Of a DNA stretch of 64,000 nt, positions 14,383 through 27,782 are shown piece after piece (positions within the stretch are counted from its first letter, which is position 1; each line of letters starts with the position of its first letter). The stretch is from Chlorokybus atmophyticus. Lineage: Eukaryota > Plantae > Mesostigma and Chlorokybus algae. A program made the translations under genes and the position numbers. The stretch covers positions 422,473 through 486,472 of the forward strand of contig RHPI01003599.1 of assembly GCA_009103225.1 (NCBI GenBank), given 5' to 3'. The notes beneath the pieces are model-generated. The model searched no databases. It was not told where the DNA came from and saw only the letters and a list, made by a program, of their open reading frames with translations.

Positions 14383-14567
14383 TGTTTGACGGTTACAAAC
14401 TGCAGTCAAACAACTCAGTTCCTTGTGCAGCTAAATTGCATGCGGTTTGACTGGTGTCAAACTGAGAAGGCCACGTAGCTGGCGTTGTGGGCGGCGGCGG
14501 CGGGAGGACGAGGTGGAGGTGAAGGAGGAGGAGTTGCATGGGCTCACAGGCCAGTAGACCATCCGTA

Positions 14568-15401
14568 ATGGCGGCTGCTCAGAAGGCTAAGAGCGCGGTG
14601 GCGGAGAACCCCGTGGTGGTGTTCAGGTAGGTCTGGGGCCAAGGTGTCGGCCAGCACATGCCTGACCGTCTTGTCGTCATCGTTGGCATGTCGTTGACAT
14701 TGACCCTTCTGAACTAAGTCCTCCTTGTATTCTCTCCGCAGCAAGAGTTACTGCCCATACTGCATAAGGTACTTACCATGCTGCTGAGCTTGACAGCAGT
14801 GGTGTTGTGCATGTTGCTGCTTGAAACCTATGAATTTTCCTCAAACAGCTTGAAGAATCTAATGGCCAAGCTTGGAGTCAAGGCGAAGGTGTTTGAGCTG
14901 GACCAGCAGTCAGACGGCAGCGACGTTCAGGCTGCCCTTCAGGAGTGGACTGGCCAGCGGACGGTTAGTACATGCACTTTGTATACAGTGTCACAGCTAA
15001 ATTAGAAAAGATGTCCTTGTCACTCCTTGATTTGACTTTGGTTTTTACTGCAGCGTGTGTGCACAATTAATCTGTCTTGCTCTTCAGGTTCCCAACGTGT
15101 TTATAGGTGGCAAGCATGTCGGAGGCAATGACGGTGAGTGGTACTATGATGCCATGCAAGATGATCAGTCAGTTTCTTGCCTATACTAGGCAAGCCATTG
15201 CCTAGTATGCAATGCAGGTTTCAGTTGAGTCAATGTGTGATAGTATTATTAGTTGCGTGTGAGTGAGCATTTATTCTGTTTTCTGTTCTGCTCTAATCGA
15301 ATGGTTGGTTTCTCTTCACAGTTTGTCCTGCTGCAGATACCGTGGCGCTACACAGCGCGAACAAGCTGGTGCCAATGTTGAAGGCTGCGGGCGCATTGTG
15401 A
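14568..15401 (+). CDS. Class I dithiol glutaredoxin (CPYC), 5 exons
   Basis: MAAAQKAKSAVAENPVVVFS|KSYCPYC..|LKNLMAKLGVKAKVFELDQQSDGSDVQAALQEWTGQRT|VPNVFIGGKHVGGND|DTVALHSANKLVPMLKAAGAL*; GT-AG introns. Confidence 0.95.
15176..15208. repeat. Overlapping inverted repeats (8-3-8 and 11-4-11) in a glutaredoxin intron
   Basis: CTTGCCTA-TAC-TAGGCAAG overlapping ATACTAGGCAA-GCCA-TTGCCTAGTAT. Confidence 0.8.
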
Positions 15402-16746
15402 GGGGGCATGTCTCGCTTCTCAGTGTGGTTTTGTGCATAGTAGATCAGGGTTGGGTCATTCTTTTCCTGCAATAAGGTGGGCACGTTGTGGAGGTCCTTG
15501 AGCAGGTTTTCTTATGACACTTGTTGAACTTAAATCCTATCAGCACAGGTGTTGCATACAGGATTCAACATATGGATTTAGTCACTCATGCGACACTAGC
15601 AGCATCGTCAAGTGGGGGAAGGTTACAGAGTTACCTGCCGGGTTGCTCACGTTGATGATGCCGCCGCTACTGCTGCACATGCGTGCGATGTGAACATGTT
15701 GGTGTTGTTGGCGATCTAGAACACTGGAGAAATGCACATATAGCCAAGTGATGGTACACAACAGCAGCAACAGGGTGCAAAACTGCCCACACACATTTAT
15801 ACTATTTGCTTATGCGCCCATGCCAACACACAACCCTTTACCCCACACCTCCACCGCTGATGCTGACAGTCACTACAACATGAGTGCGCATGCGCGCCAG
15901 ATTGCTAGCGCTGATCAAAGCAGCATGCAGTGAGCAGAGCGGGGCAGTGAGCGGGACTGCCATACGGATGGACCCTCAGCCCAAGCTGGATAGGACAGAG
16001 CGAAGGGGCGGGGCAGAGAGTGGACGGCAGGGAGGAGAAGGAGAGAAGGAATGACAGGAAGAGCAGAGGCGGAGGGAGTGGGACGCTGTGGGTGCTGCTG
16101 CTTTTTAATTGCACCCGCTGACTGCTGAGTTGGAGACGTTAAACCTCACCATAAATCGCAGGTGATTACACATGGAATTGTCTACCCAGTACACATGCAT
16201 GCATGCCGGTTGATCTAACTGGTTGGGTTAGTAGTGAAGGCAGGTAGGTAGCAAGTAGGTTGACCGCTGGTGGTGAATGGAAGTGCTTGGTGGTGTGGTG
16301 AGATGTCTTGCATTGCATGTGTCACACTCCCATGCATGCCACAACTTCCGCATTGCATATTGTAGCTACGTACAGCTGCCTACGCAACACACACAGCAGC
16401 ATACCCCTTTTATACATGCGCACACACACAAAGACCAACCGCAGTGAATCGGACCAGAGCACTGGCCTTTGTTATTTTACAAGCATGAACTTATTCCCAT
16501 GACAGCGAAAGTCGCTCAACTGTCATGTCCATGTCTTCCCCAACTACTGCTGAGTCAGGTCTTTGTCAACTGACTCAGTGTCCTCAGTCAACGCTAGTAT
16601 CCACGTTACACCATCTTGATGACCAAAACTGATAGCTACCAACGCCGGGGCACTGACTATCAACCGGGCACCCTTGATACAACCCTACAAAAAAACAGAA
16701 ACAACAATGTGTCGCTGTGTTGCTCACTCTCTCCGAGTGCTGTGTG

Positions 16747-18435
16747 TCACTGCGCGTATATGGCCACCAGCTTGCGCCACACATGTATGTCCTCAACGCG
16801 TATGAGCTGCCCGCGCACGTGGGCATTTCTCTTGTTTACCAGGTTGAGGATTATGCGTGCAAACAATCTGCTCGGCAGCGCGTTTTCCGGCTTCAGCGCA
16901 TCGTACAACTCATCCGTCTCGACACGCATACCTAAACACAGCTTTGCATTAAGTGTGCGCGCTGCCGCAATATATTTCAACAATGTAACACGCACACACA
17001 CTCGCACACACTCACATGCGCACACACATAGACACACGCGCGCGCACACGGTCACTCACCGATCAACAAGTTGTTCACGCGCATTTTGTGTTCGGACGCT
17101 TCATTCATTGCAGTGTATGCGAGCGCCTTCACAGTCGCGGCTGCCACACCTGCATTGAACATACAAACCCACTCAGCAACCTCACCATGGAGAACCAGTT
17201 ACTGACAGCCAATCAAAGAGATGTACAAGCAGGCATTATCTTGGATTGCCACACATATGCACAGACTTCCATAGCACAGGCCAGAGGCAGGCACACACGC
17301 AACGAACCACATACTACCGCCTATGTCACACATACTTACCGGTGGCTCCTGTGTTGGGGTTCTCTGCGGCGCATCCTGTGAGAAACGTCCACGTGGTGTG
17401 GTCGCGGTCGAGCATGTGGGCCGCGAGGGCGCGCCAGACGAGGAAGTGCGGGTCTACGTTGCACACCATGACGTTGCGCCACTGCTCAGGCGTCATCTCG
17501 TGCATCGGCGGCAAGCTGTGGTACGGACCCATCGCACCCACCACGTGGTCAATGTGACCAAACCGCGCAAGCGCCTCCTCCAAAACCTGCGCAAAATGAG
17601 GGTGTTTCCTTACAACTTCAACTGAACACATGTCTGTGCAGAAGCAAACAGTCGCAACTTGAAGAGAATGCACACACGTATGACGCATTCATAGGTTGCT
17701 GTGCATGCGCGCATGTGCCTCGCGCGGGGGTAAGTGCACGAATGAATGTGTGGATGCGTTCAGCGCAGGTGTCTAATACAACATCCTGGCGCAGGAGGTA
17801 TATGTCACACAAAGCGGAGTTATGCTGAACGCAGGCAGATCCGACATGAGCAGGCGCAATTCAAGTCGGAAGACACAGCACCCACACGCGCGCAAACGTG
17901 TACACGTGCACACGCACACGCACACGCACTGACTGCACTGCGCCACTCCCCCTCCCTCACCTGTCTGGACCCCTCTTCCGTCCTGACGTCCGCCTTCACC
18001 GCGCACAGCCTACCGCTCCTGGCGAGTGCCGGGCCGACCATGACCCCGAGCCGCTCCATCCCCGCGTCGGTGGCGCAGGGGGCCACCACCGCCACGCCGT
18101 GCTCAAGGAAGGCGCGGACCACGCCGTTGCCGATGTTGCCGGTGGGGTTGACGACCACGGCGACCTGGAGGAGGGGATTGTTGTGGTGGTACAACATGGC
18201 ATTTGCTATCGAAGCATGCACGTGTGGCTCCAAGAAGTGTGACATACACGCTCACGCACAGGCACGGGCACACGCACAACATGACATTATGGCTCACCGT
18301 TTCCTCATCTGGCAATGCCATAGGTGCAGATGCTCAGGCTGGCCCCGTTGCTGTGGCAATGCCGGAGGGAGAGCCCTGGCTGGCCTGCCTGGCCTGACGT
18401 GGCCTTGGCTGCTAGCTCGGTCCAGCCGCCAGCAT
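16747..18435 (-). CDS. Atypical short-chain dehydrogenase/reductase (Rossmann fold), possible N-terminal transit peptide
   Basis: VAVVVNPTGNIGNGVVRAFL, ADVRTEEG, FGHIDHVVGAMG, WRNVMVCNV, FLTGCAA, KMRVNNLLIG; no YxxxK; 5' exon structure less certain. Confidence 0.8.
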
Positions 18436-19458
18436 GTCTCCAGCAAAGGGGAGGAGGGGAAGCAACAGGGGCAGGCAGGCAGTTACTTCTCAGCTGACGC
18501 AAGCTTCTCCCCACCTTACCTCCTCACCCCGCCGCCCCACCTCCTCAACCACGCCGCCTACCCCTTCGCCGCCACGCATCGATTTGCCTTAATTTGATTT
18601 TGTCGTTTTTGTCCCCCCACCCAAACTGCGCTCGTTTCTTGTTCCGACGTGTCGCTGACGTGTGAGCGAATTTCTCACACTGAGAAAGGCAAGCAGCCAA
18701 AAAGGGGACCTTTGATGGAAGTTGAAAAGGTAGTTATGCCCCGGCGGTTATGCTACGCACCGCTTCAGTGGCTGCGGAAGTTACCGGCGAGCGGTTCCTT
18801 GCTTGGAAGCTATCGCGGGCGTGGACAGTCCACCCGGCCGGTCAGCGACTGGAGAATCGATAGAACCGTCGCGCTGGGCACAGTGTGCAGCACACTGGAC
18901 GCCGGTGCGAGTCACGGTGCGAATCACGACGGCGTCGTCTACCGGTCACCAATCGGTTAATGTGGCAAGAAGATTGCCCCTTTCCTTGCCACGAGCTGAA
19001 CTTCCGAAATCGCTGACGGCAAGCTACTCGTCAGCACGTGCGCAACGTCGACCACTGACACACACAAGATCTCACACCCGACTTTACCGTGTCACGCGGC
19101 TGACATGGTCAGCCACTGACACTGTCAGCCGCATAGGTTACGCCGACGTACGATTCTGAGGCTAATCGTCGACGCAGCCACGCGGAGCTGCGCAACCCGT
19201 ACAGTATGTGCCGTCGTCAGGTGCTTAGTATTTGGCCAAGGCTGCGCAGCACCGCGTACCGTACCAGTAAGCAGCATCGTCCAGCGTGCATGGACATGAA
19301 ACGCATGCTATAGGCAGCGTATGGAGTGTTCATGGCAAATCCACCGAACATTGTTAATGGATTAGTGGCTGTATGCGTACATAAGGTTGGCAATCGTATG
19401 CGTATAGCAGAGCGCACATGCCAAAGGCGCTGCTGACTGCATGCACGTGAGGGATGTG

Positions 19459-21172
19459 ATGATGGCGGCGGCAGGGGCCGGGTTGGCGGTGGTGACGGGG
19501 GCCAACAGGGGCATCGGGTTGCAGCTCTGCAAGGACCTTGCCGCGGCGGGCAAGGGCGTCGTGCTTGCTGGCCGGGACGCGGTGGGCGTCGACGATGCTG
19601 CACAGAGCATCAGGTAGGTGTGAGCGCCTGAGCCGTACAGCATCCATCCAGCTGTTAGTCTTGGCGTCACTAGCCAAAGCATACATGCATGAGTTTCTAC
19701 GCGCAGTTTGTTTACACCAGTTTCCCATCATCTTGTGTCATGTGTCACATCCGTAGTGCAGCTCACATGCATGGCTGTTTTGCAGCTTTGAACAATGTGC
19801 GTGCCACTGTCTATGGTTGGTTTGTTTTGAGCAGCGACTGATTAGGGTTTGATCATGGCTAGGTTGGCGCATCCAAAGGTGCATGTGGACGCACTTTCGC
19901 TAGATTTGGGGGATCGCAGCAGCATCGCCAATGCAGTTGCTGAGATAGCCAGGAAGTACGATCAGAAGGTGAGTGACGCAGTGAGTGAGTAAAGCTCTCC
20001 ATTTTCAATGCATGCAGATGCATACGAATTTGTGTCGTACAATGTCCCATGTAACAGGTTGGCGAGTGTGCATAAACGTTTCCTTGAATTGATACACAAG
20101 CATAGGTGCATGCGCTCATGTATGCATGTGTGCGCGCGTGCGCGTTTGCACAATCTACTTGCTGCGTTGCCTTGATGATGTGATCAAGGTGTCGTCAATC
20201 TGCCGTCTATTGGCATCAACGACACCACGCACCAGGTGACGCTGCTGGTGAACAACGGCGGCGTGTACGAGGACGGTTGGACAGAGGACACTTTCAAGCA
20301 CGTCGTGGGCATCAACTACGCTGGCACCAATGTGCTCACGCTCGCGCTGGTGCCACACCTTGCAAATGGCGCACGCATCATCAACGTCTCCTCCGGCTAC
20401 GCTCAGGTAGGACTTGGCACGCACTTTCTCTCTTGCTGTCTTTTGCAGGATAACGCTCTCATTGCTTGCCACTCATGCTTCTGATACGGTTGACTGCCTG
20501 AATGATGCCTGCCTGAATGTTGAACGAACAAACCCAAGTTAGGCCTCTAAGCTTGCAGCATTTCAACTTGAGCTGTGGTGCTTGCCGATTGTAATGCAGC
20601 GCAGCTTCTTGTCGCCTGAGTATAGGAGGTTGATTGAGAGCGCTCAGAATTTGGACGACTTGGATGCGATCAAGTACATTGCCACAGACCAGCACATGGA
20701 CGCTATCAACCCTCAGCGCGCCGTCGTGCAGGGCCCATCAGTCCCGTGTTACAAGGTGGGTTTGCAGCTTGCATGCACTTGAGGACTTGCGTAGTCTTGT
20801 GAAGTAGTAGCGTTATGGGTTTGAGAGCATGTCTCAATGTGTCATGCAATGCAGGTGTCCAAAGCAATGCTTAATAGGGCAACGGAGCTGCTAGCACACG
20901 ACAAAAGGTTGACCGAACGCGGGATTACCATCAATGCTTGTAACCCAGGTAAGCTAGGAAGCGATTGTTGGTTGCAATAGATTGAATCCTTGATATATCT
21001 GATCAAATCAAGACTTGCCACCTGCAAAGGTTGGACGCGTACACGGTTGGGTGGGGAGCGCGCTGTGCGCAGCGTTGAAGAGGCATCCGCATCACTCATG
21101 TGGTTGTGCACATTGTCGGGTGATGTGCCCACCGGGCAATATCTGTTTGATGGGCACAGTCAACCACTGTAA
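19459..21172 (+). CDS. Classical SDR, carbonyl reductase (CBR1/SDR1-like) type
   Basis: AVVTGANRGIG, LLVNNGG, INYAGT, RIINVSSG, catalytic YK|VSK across an intron, INACNPGWTRTRLGG; TAA 21170-21172. Confidence 0.92.
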
Positions 21173-21782
21173 TGCAATGAGCACTGCAGGGCGACTGATA
21201 GCCAAGAACTGCATCCTATAATATATGTATGTACAAACAGTATGGTGGTTGCAAGTACGCAGAAGGTCTTGACAACAGAGTATGAGAACAGGACTCTAGC
21301 TGCACTTGTTTTTGTCTCCGTCCAGTGCTGGTTACAAAGGAGTACTATCACTGTGTGTTGATTGCTTAAATTGTAGTGAGCCATACATGACTTATACCTT
21401 ATACATGCATAGCTCGCATGCCATAACATGCGGTTGTGCACAAATGCCTTCCATGTTATCGATGCATTTGTTATTATGCCGTTTTGTGCGCGTGTGTTAA
21501 CACAAGCCTTACTAACCATCTGCAAACACTTGATACGTTGTAAGGGTACTTCCATAGCACGCCTTTGTTGTTGTTGTTGTATAAGTTAATATACTGTTAC
21601 ACACCCCGCCTTCCGCCTTTATAGACATGTGTGTCATTGTTACCTACACCAGACTTTGGTGGCATTGTGGCGTGGTAACAGTGGGAGCTAGGTGGGAACA
21701 GATACGTGCAATAGCGCATGATGTGCAACGTGCTTGTCTTGGCCATTAATTGATTGTTGCTTTCAAGTTGTATTTGTCCATG

Positions 21783-22393
<611 letters not shown>

Positions 22394-22560
22394 GACGCAC
22401 GCACGCACGCATGCACGCACGCGCGCGCCAACTTCAAGCACATGGAGGGAGTTAAGCTGAAAAACGTGAACATCCTTGCATGTATGTGTCTAGATGGGTT
22501 CAAGGGGCGATGGTTAGCTAGCTGATGTGACAACTATAACGTGGTGGTGGTTGTGGTGTG

Positions 22561-22611
22561 AACCTTGTGAGTGCTTTGTGCTATGCCATAGCACAAAGCA
22601 CTCACAAGGTT
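22561..22611. repeat. Perfect palindrome, 25-bp arms, 1-nt loop
   Basis: AACCTTGTGAGTGCTTTGTGCTATG-C-CATAGCACAAAGCACTCACAAGGTT. Confidence 0.95.
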
Positions 22612-23968
22612 GCCATGCACGACACATGCGGCCTGGCAAAGTGCTGCATCGCATTTCCTTGTACACGCTTAGCAAATGCACTTACGCACCGTGCGTCGTG
22701 ACGAGCGCACGCATTTACCCATGCTACGCAGGTGCACACAAGTGGCACGTAAGTGTCCAGTTTCAGCATACGCTCGCACACACACATATAACAGCCTCGC
22801 GCTTATCCGGTACACGCACGCACACACACGCTAAGCACACACATGCACACACGCGCAGGCATACACCCACGCTCAGCACATACACACGCATGCGTGCATG
22901 CACGCTCTCACACATTTTTAGCACACGCACGCATGCATATGAACCCATACGCCCATTTCCATAACATCATATGCCGGTAGCCGTGTTTTTGATTTGTTTG
23001 GCGGCGCCACTCCTTTGACATCAGCATGTTGCGCGACAAGAATGTGATACAACGTCGTGTGGGTGCTTACATGATGCAATTCATCTTACAGCTTTATAAT
23101 GCTGACCGAGCATGACCATGTATGTTGCATGCAAAAACCAACCTCAAGGGTGTCGTCGTTGCCTCCACCGCAGGCTATTTTATTTTGCCTCTCGCTCTCT
23201 TGATCGCCGTTAAACTTCTAGCGGTTGACGGGCTACAATAATACCATTGTGACGGTCCCTCTGTGAAGATTGCCGCAACGAGTGCACAAATTTGATGATA
23301 TTTGTTTAGGTCATGGATTGTGGTATGTCATCGCGGACATGCGCATGCCCGCGCGTACACAAGCACATATGCATAGCATGGCAAGCGGAGCAGGCACAAC
23401 AAGCAGAATAAGTTAATACTACACCTGGGGCCATTTACTATTGCACGCATAGCAGCGTTGCGCACACATTGCACGCACGCATACTCATAGTTAGGTGAGA
23501 GCAGGATAGGCTAAGCTACGGCTATACCCCCTAGCGTAATAGGTCTTCCTATGTGTGTGTGTTTATTGCCGCTAAATAGATAGGGCGCATTGATCACCGC
23601 ACCTCATGTATGTGTGTTGTAGCAATGAGCTACACGCATGCGCACGCACGTGGGCTTGCTTGCACATATGCATGCCAACGCAAACATAACATTGAAAGGC
23701 TCACGCATACTACCTCATTTATGACAAGCAATGCATCGCCATTCCATGTGCGACATGAAGTTTGTTGCGACTTCTCCACATCTTTCCTTCAACTGGAACT
23801 TCCTGTCACAGCGCTTCCAACTTCTCTTCCTGGAAGACAAGCATGCGCAGGGGCCGCTCGAGTTTTCCACAACACTTCCGGAAGCTTCACAAAACAACCA
23901 AAACAAACCGGAAAACGGTAACCGTCAGAAAGCAGAGTTGAGAAAGCGTCTTGCAGGCAGTGCACAGC

Positions 23969-26900
23969 ATGGCGGCGGCGGCGGCGGTGGAGGACGTGGC
24001 GGAGTCCTTGGGCGCTGTGGCGCTGGACGACAAGGTCGATCAGGAGCAGGGAGATGGCACCGCCGAGGCGGCGACGGACTCGGACTCCGCCTCGGGGTTC
24101 ATCAACCTGTCGGCCGGGCAGGAGCCCACTAGACTGGAGAGCCTGTGCATGCATTGCGGGGAAAATGTAGGCGTTTGCGTCTTGTGATGATTCAATCTCA
24201 GAGTATTCATGCATCTCAGAGCATTCAAAGTACTTGTTAACGTCAAAGCGTACTCGGGGATGTGTATGGACAGTCCGCTGCGCTATACAACGGGCAGCCT
24301 GCAAGTGGGCCATTACTTGTCCGTGTGTAACATCACACTCGAGTGATTTGCTAACAAAACGACATGGCGTACACAAACGACATAACACAAACTGGTCAGA
24401 TTGAACCAATAGTTCACACCGGTTGAACTAGCGGGTATCACACGGTTTCTCTGTGGTGTTGCATTTGCCAAGTTGTTTAAATCCCATTCGGATGTGTACT
24501 TGCTCAGCAGTTGGAGTGTAAGTTTCTGAGCATGCAGTGTAGTGCTGTTATTTTCACAGCTGACTGGAACCAGAGCAGAGTCAGTATGTGTCTCTTGCCA
24601 GTTTCTTCTACACAATGCATGGCATGCTCTATCTTGAAGTAAACCCACTCCCAGTCCGTTAAACCTACTTGTTCGGCACATCCGCTCGGACGAGCTGGTT
24701 ACAGCGCTCCTGTGTTGGGTTATTTGGCCAAATACACAACCACAACCACAACCACAGTTATGCTGGCGGTTTTTCCACTAGCAGCAGTCGCAATTGACTA
24801 AGCGCTTGCGCCACACAGGGCACCACGACCCTCTTTTTGACGCGCATCCCGCACTTCAGAGAGGTACATATACTATCACTACTGTGATCTGTTCGCCTTA
24901 TGTGTATGTCTTGTTAGATGCTACAGTATGTCCTCGCCAACTCGGGAGTTGCACGGCACTGATATGCGTCGTATGGTGGCCCGCAGGTGGTGATCATGTC
25001 ATTCGAATGCCCGCACTGCAACGAGCGGTGAGTTGATTGCTTCAATTTGCTCAGTTTGCAGCGTACGTACTGAGAGGAAGAGAGTGTGAGGTTATGAGAA
25101 GAAGATGTTGGAGGAGGGGGTGAAGCCAGTGTGACGCTAAAGCCCGTATATGTACGCTTGTTCCAGAAATAATGAGATCCAGTATGGTGGCACAGTCCAA
25201 GACAAAGGCTGCCGGTACGAACTACATGTAGCGGAGGGCGACATGCAGGTCAGGTTTCACTACCAAGAAAGTGCGCGCACACACGTACACGCTGGTCGCG
25301 TGTGCATGTGCGTGTGTTGAACATCGCAGTTGCTCATACAGGATGTTGTGCATGCCACAGGCTATGAACAGGCAAGTTGTCAAGTCGGACACCGCTACGA
25401 TCCGGGTCCCAGAACTAGACTTTGAGATACCTTCCACGTCACAGCGCGGCCTGTTAAATACAGTGAGTATGGCGCACGTATGTGCAATGTTCAAAGTCAA
25501 AATTGTTGGCACTAATCTCACAGTGCTGATGTGTTTACAGGTTGAGGGCTTCTTGGCTAAAGCAGCAGAGGACTTGCGCGCATTGCAAGAGGAAAGAAGG
25601 GTATGATCAGCTCTCTATTCTATCAGCTATGATGGTGTAAAGAGCAAGCGCGTGTGTTGCAACCTCACAAGGTGTTTGCTTGGTGATTAGAAAGTAGACA
25701 TTGAGATGGCGGAGAAGCTGGACACCTTTCTGGAGCGCCTCGATCAATGCGTGAGCGCATCCACACCATTTACGCTCGTAATAGACGACCCCGCTGGCAA
25801 CAGCTTTGTTGAGAACCCGTAAGTCCACAACACTGTATGCACTCTCTCCTGCAAGCCTGTGCTCTTACTTGGTACTTTATCTTGCACAGGCTCACTCCCG
25901 CTGCAGACCCGAGTTTGACAATCCACACGTACACGCGCACGCCCGAGCAGAACGAGCTGATAGGGCTAGCTGCTCCGGATAGTGCGGATGCATCTGCGGG
26001 TGGTGGTGATACGCCTGGAACGCTTCCGCACGGGTCCGTGGGCGCCACGGGAGCTCACTCCGCTATCGCCCGCACGCACACCAAAGAGGCCGCGGCGGCA
26101 CTGAGCAAGTACTCTGCACCTGAAGAGGTGAGGGTGGGTGGGTGGGATGTGGCTACCCGTTGTAGTGTTGAGATTGCGCGAGTCCACACATGTGTACAAG
26201 GCTGCACATGTGCGCGAGCTTGTGCGTACACAAACCAACAAAATCAATCCAACATGCACCTATGTGCAAGCGAATTTGCACACGCACATAAACACACACA
26301 TGCACACCCATGTGCACACACCCTCGCACATGCGTACACGAACACAGGCACCCCACGCATGCACCCAATATTTTGCTCACGGCATGCGTGTGCATGTCGA
26401 GATTCCAGTCATGGTTGATTGGGTATGATGGTGTTTCAGGTGATGGTGTTTCCGGGCACGTGTTACCTGTGCGGTCAGCCCTCAGAGACCCGTATGTACG
26501 CCACGCGGATACCGTACTTCAAGGAGGTGATCGTGATGGCGAATGCGTGCGACAGCTGCGGTTACCACGACAACGAGATCAAGTCCGGCAGCGCGATCGA
26601 GCCCAAGGGGCGGCGCCATATTCTCAATGTCACCAACGAGCAGGACCTACGAAGAGACGTCATCAAGTCCGACTCTGCAGGCGTGCGCATACCGGAGATC
26701 GAGCTCGAGCTCGCGTCAGGCACGTTAGGCGGACGCGTGACGACAGTGGAAGGACTCATTGAAGCCATACGAGATGGTACACACTCGTAGCTATGTGACA
26801 CGCACATGCGTGCACGCGCATGCACACATGCACGCACATGCAATGGACACTGGTGTCATGAGACTAGTTGATGGGTTGATGATTAATTATCACTAATTTC

Positions 26901-27177
26901 TTCCCTGTTTGCAGCGCTAAGCAAGTTGAACACTTTCCACCTTGGTGACAGCGCCGTTGGTTTGCAAAAGGGCAAGTTTGTGGCCTTTGACGTGGAGCTG
27001 GAGAAGCTTGTCAAGTTGGAACGGCCGTGGACGCTTATCCTCGAGGACGCGCTGTCCAACTCGTTCATCGCACCCGCCTTTGAAGATGTCTTGCAAGACA
27101 CCGCGCTGTCGGTGGAAGAGTACGAGCGCTCGCAGGAGGAGAATGAGGAGTTTGGGCTCAATGACATGGCATGTTGA
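23969..27177 (+). CDS. ZPR1: Zinc finger protein ZPR1 (two ZPR1 zinc-finger/A-B repeats); C-terminus may extend to the exon at 27684
   Basis: [107 protein letters not shown]. Confidence 0.97.
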
Positions 27178-27683
27178 GGAGGGTAGGCGGGGCGAGAAGT
27201 GGGGTTGCGGGTCGTAGAGGTTGGGAAGTTGATTGCAGTGTAGGGAGTGCGTGCTGGTGTACGAGTACAGAAACTGCCATGCTTGGCTTTCAGTCCATGG
27301 CTGACGAGATTCAATGCATTGGTGACGTGTCTCTAAGGCAATGACTGTCCAGTTCATACTGGTTGGTTGTGACATATGTGTCGCATTACATTACATTACA
27401 AGGGTTGCATGAACATTTGCAAGATATGCTGAACAGGTGGCTGATGTCCGCGATGAGCCTGCTCCTTTTCGGACAAGTTTGTGGGAATCCCACGACGGAG
27501 AGCGCCACACCCTGCCAGTGACATTGCCAGATTGGCATAACATGGTGTAGTCAGTTCGCAATGCATTCGTTTTGTGAGATTGTCTACGTATAGAGCACAT
27601 TGCTTGCAAGACCTACACACTTTGATGACAGGGATGTGCGCAGAAGGCTATGAGTTGTTAGTCTTGCTGTCGATGTTGTGCAG

Positions 27684-27782
27684 GTGGGCTACGAGACAGC
27701 AAGGGCTGGTGTACGGGGTGACCTACAAGCACTTCTATCACCTCATCAAGCGGAGGATGGACGTCACCACAGCGACTGACAG
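27684..27782 (+). other. Exon-like 99-nt segment with canonical splice sites (possible ZPR1 terminal exon or orphan exon)
   Basis: TTGTGCAG| acceptor and AG|GTGAGT donor. Frame 0 gives VGYETARAG...HHSD*; the phase-2 frame is open and rich in G/C third positions (WATRQQGLVYGVTYKHFYHLIKRRMD). Confidence 0.45.

Noticed and set aside
22960-23350. Lower-GC stretch with short coding-like frames upstream of ZPR1, considered as a lost divergent partner gene
   Set aside because: No frame of useful length, no recognisable motif and no consistent splice sites.
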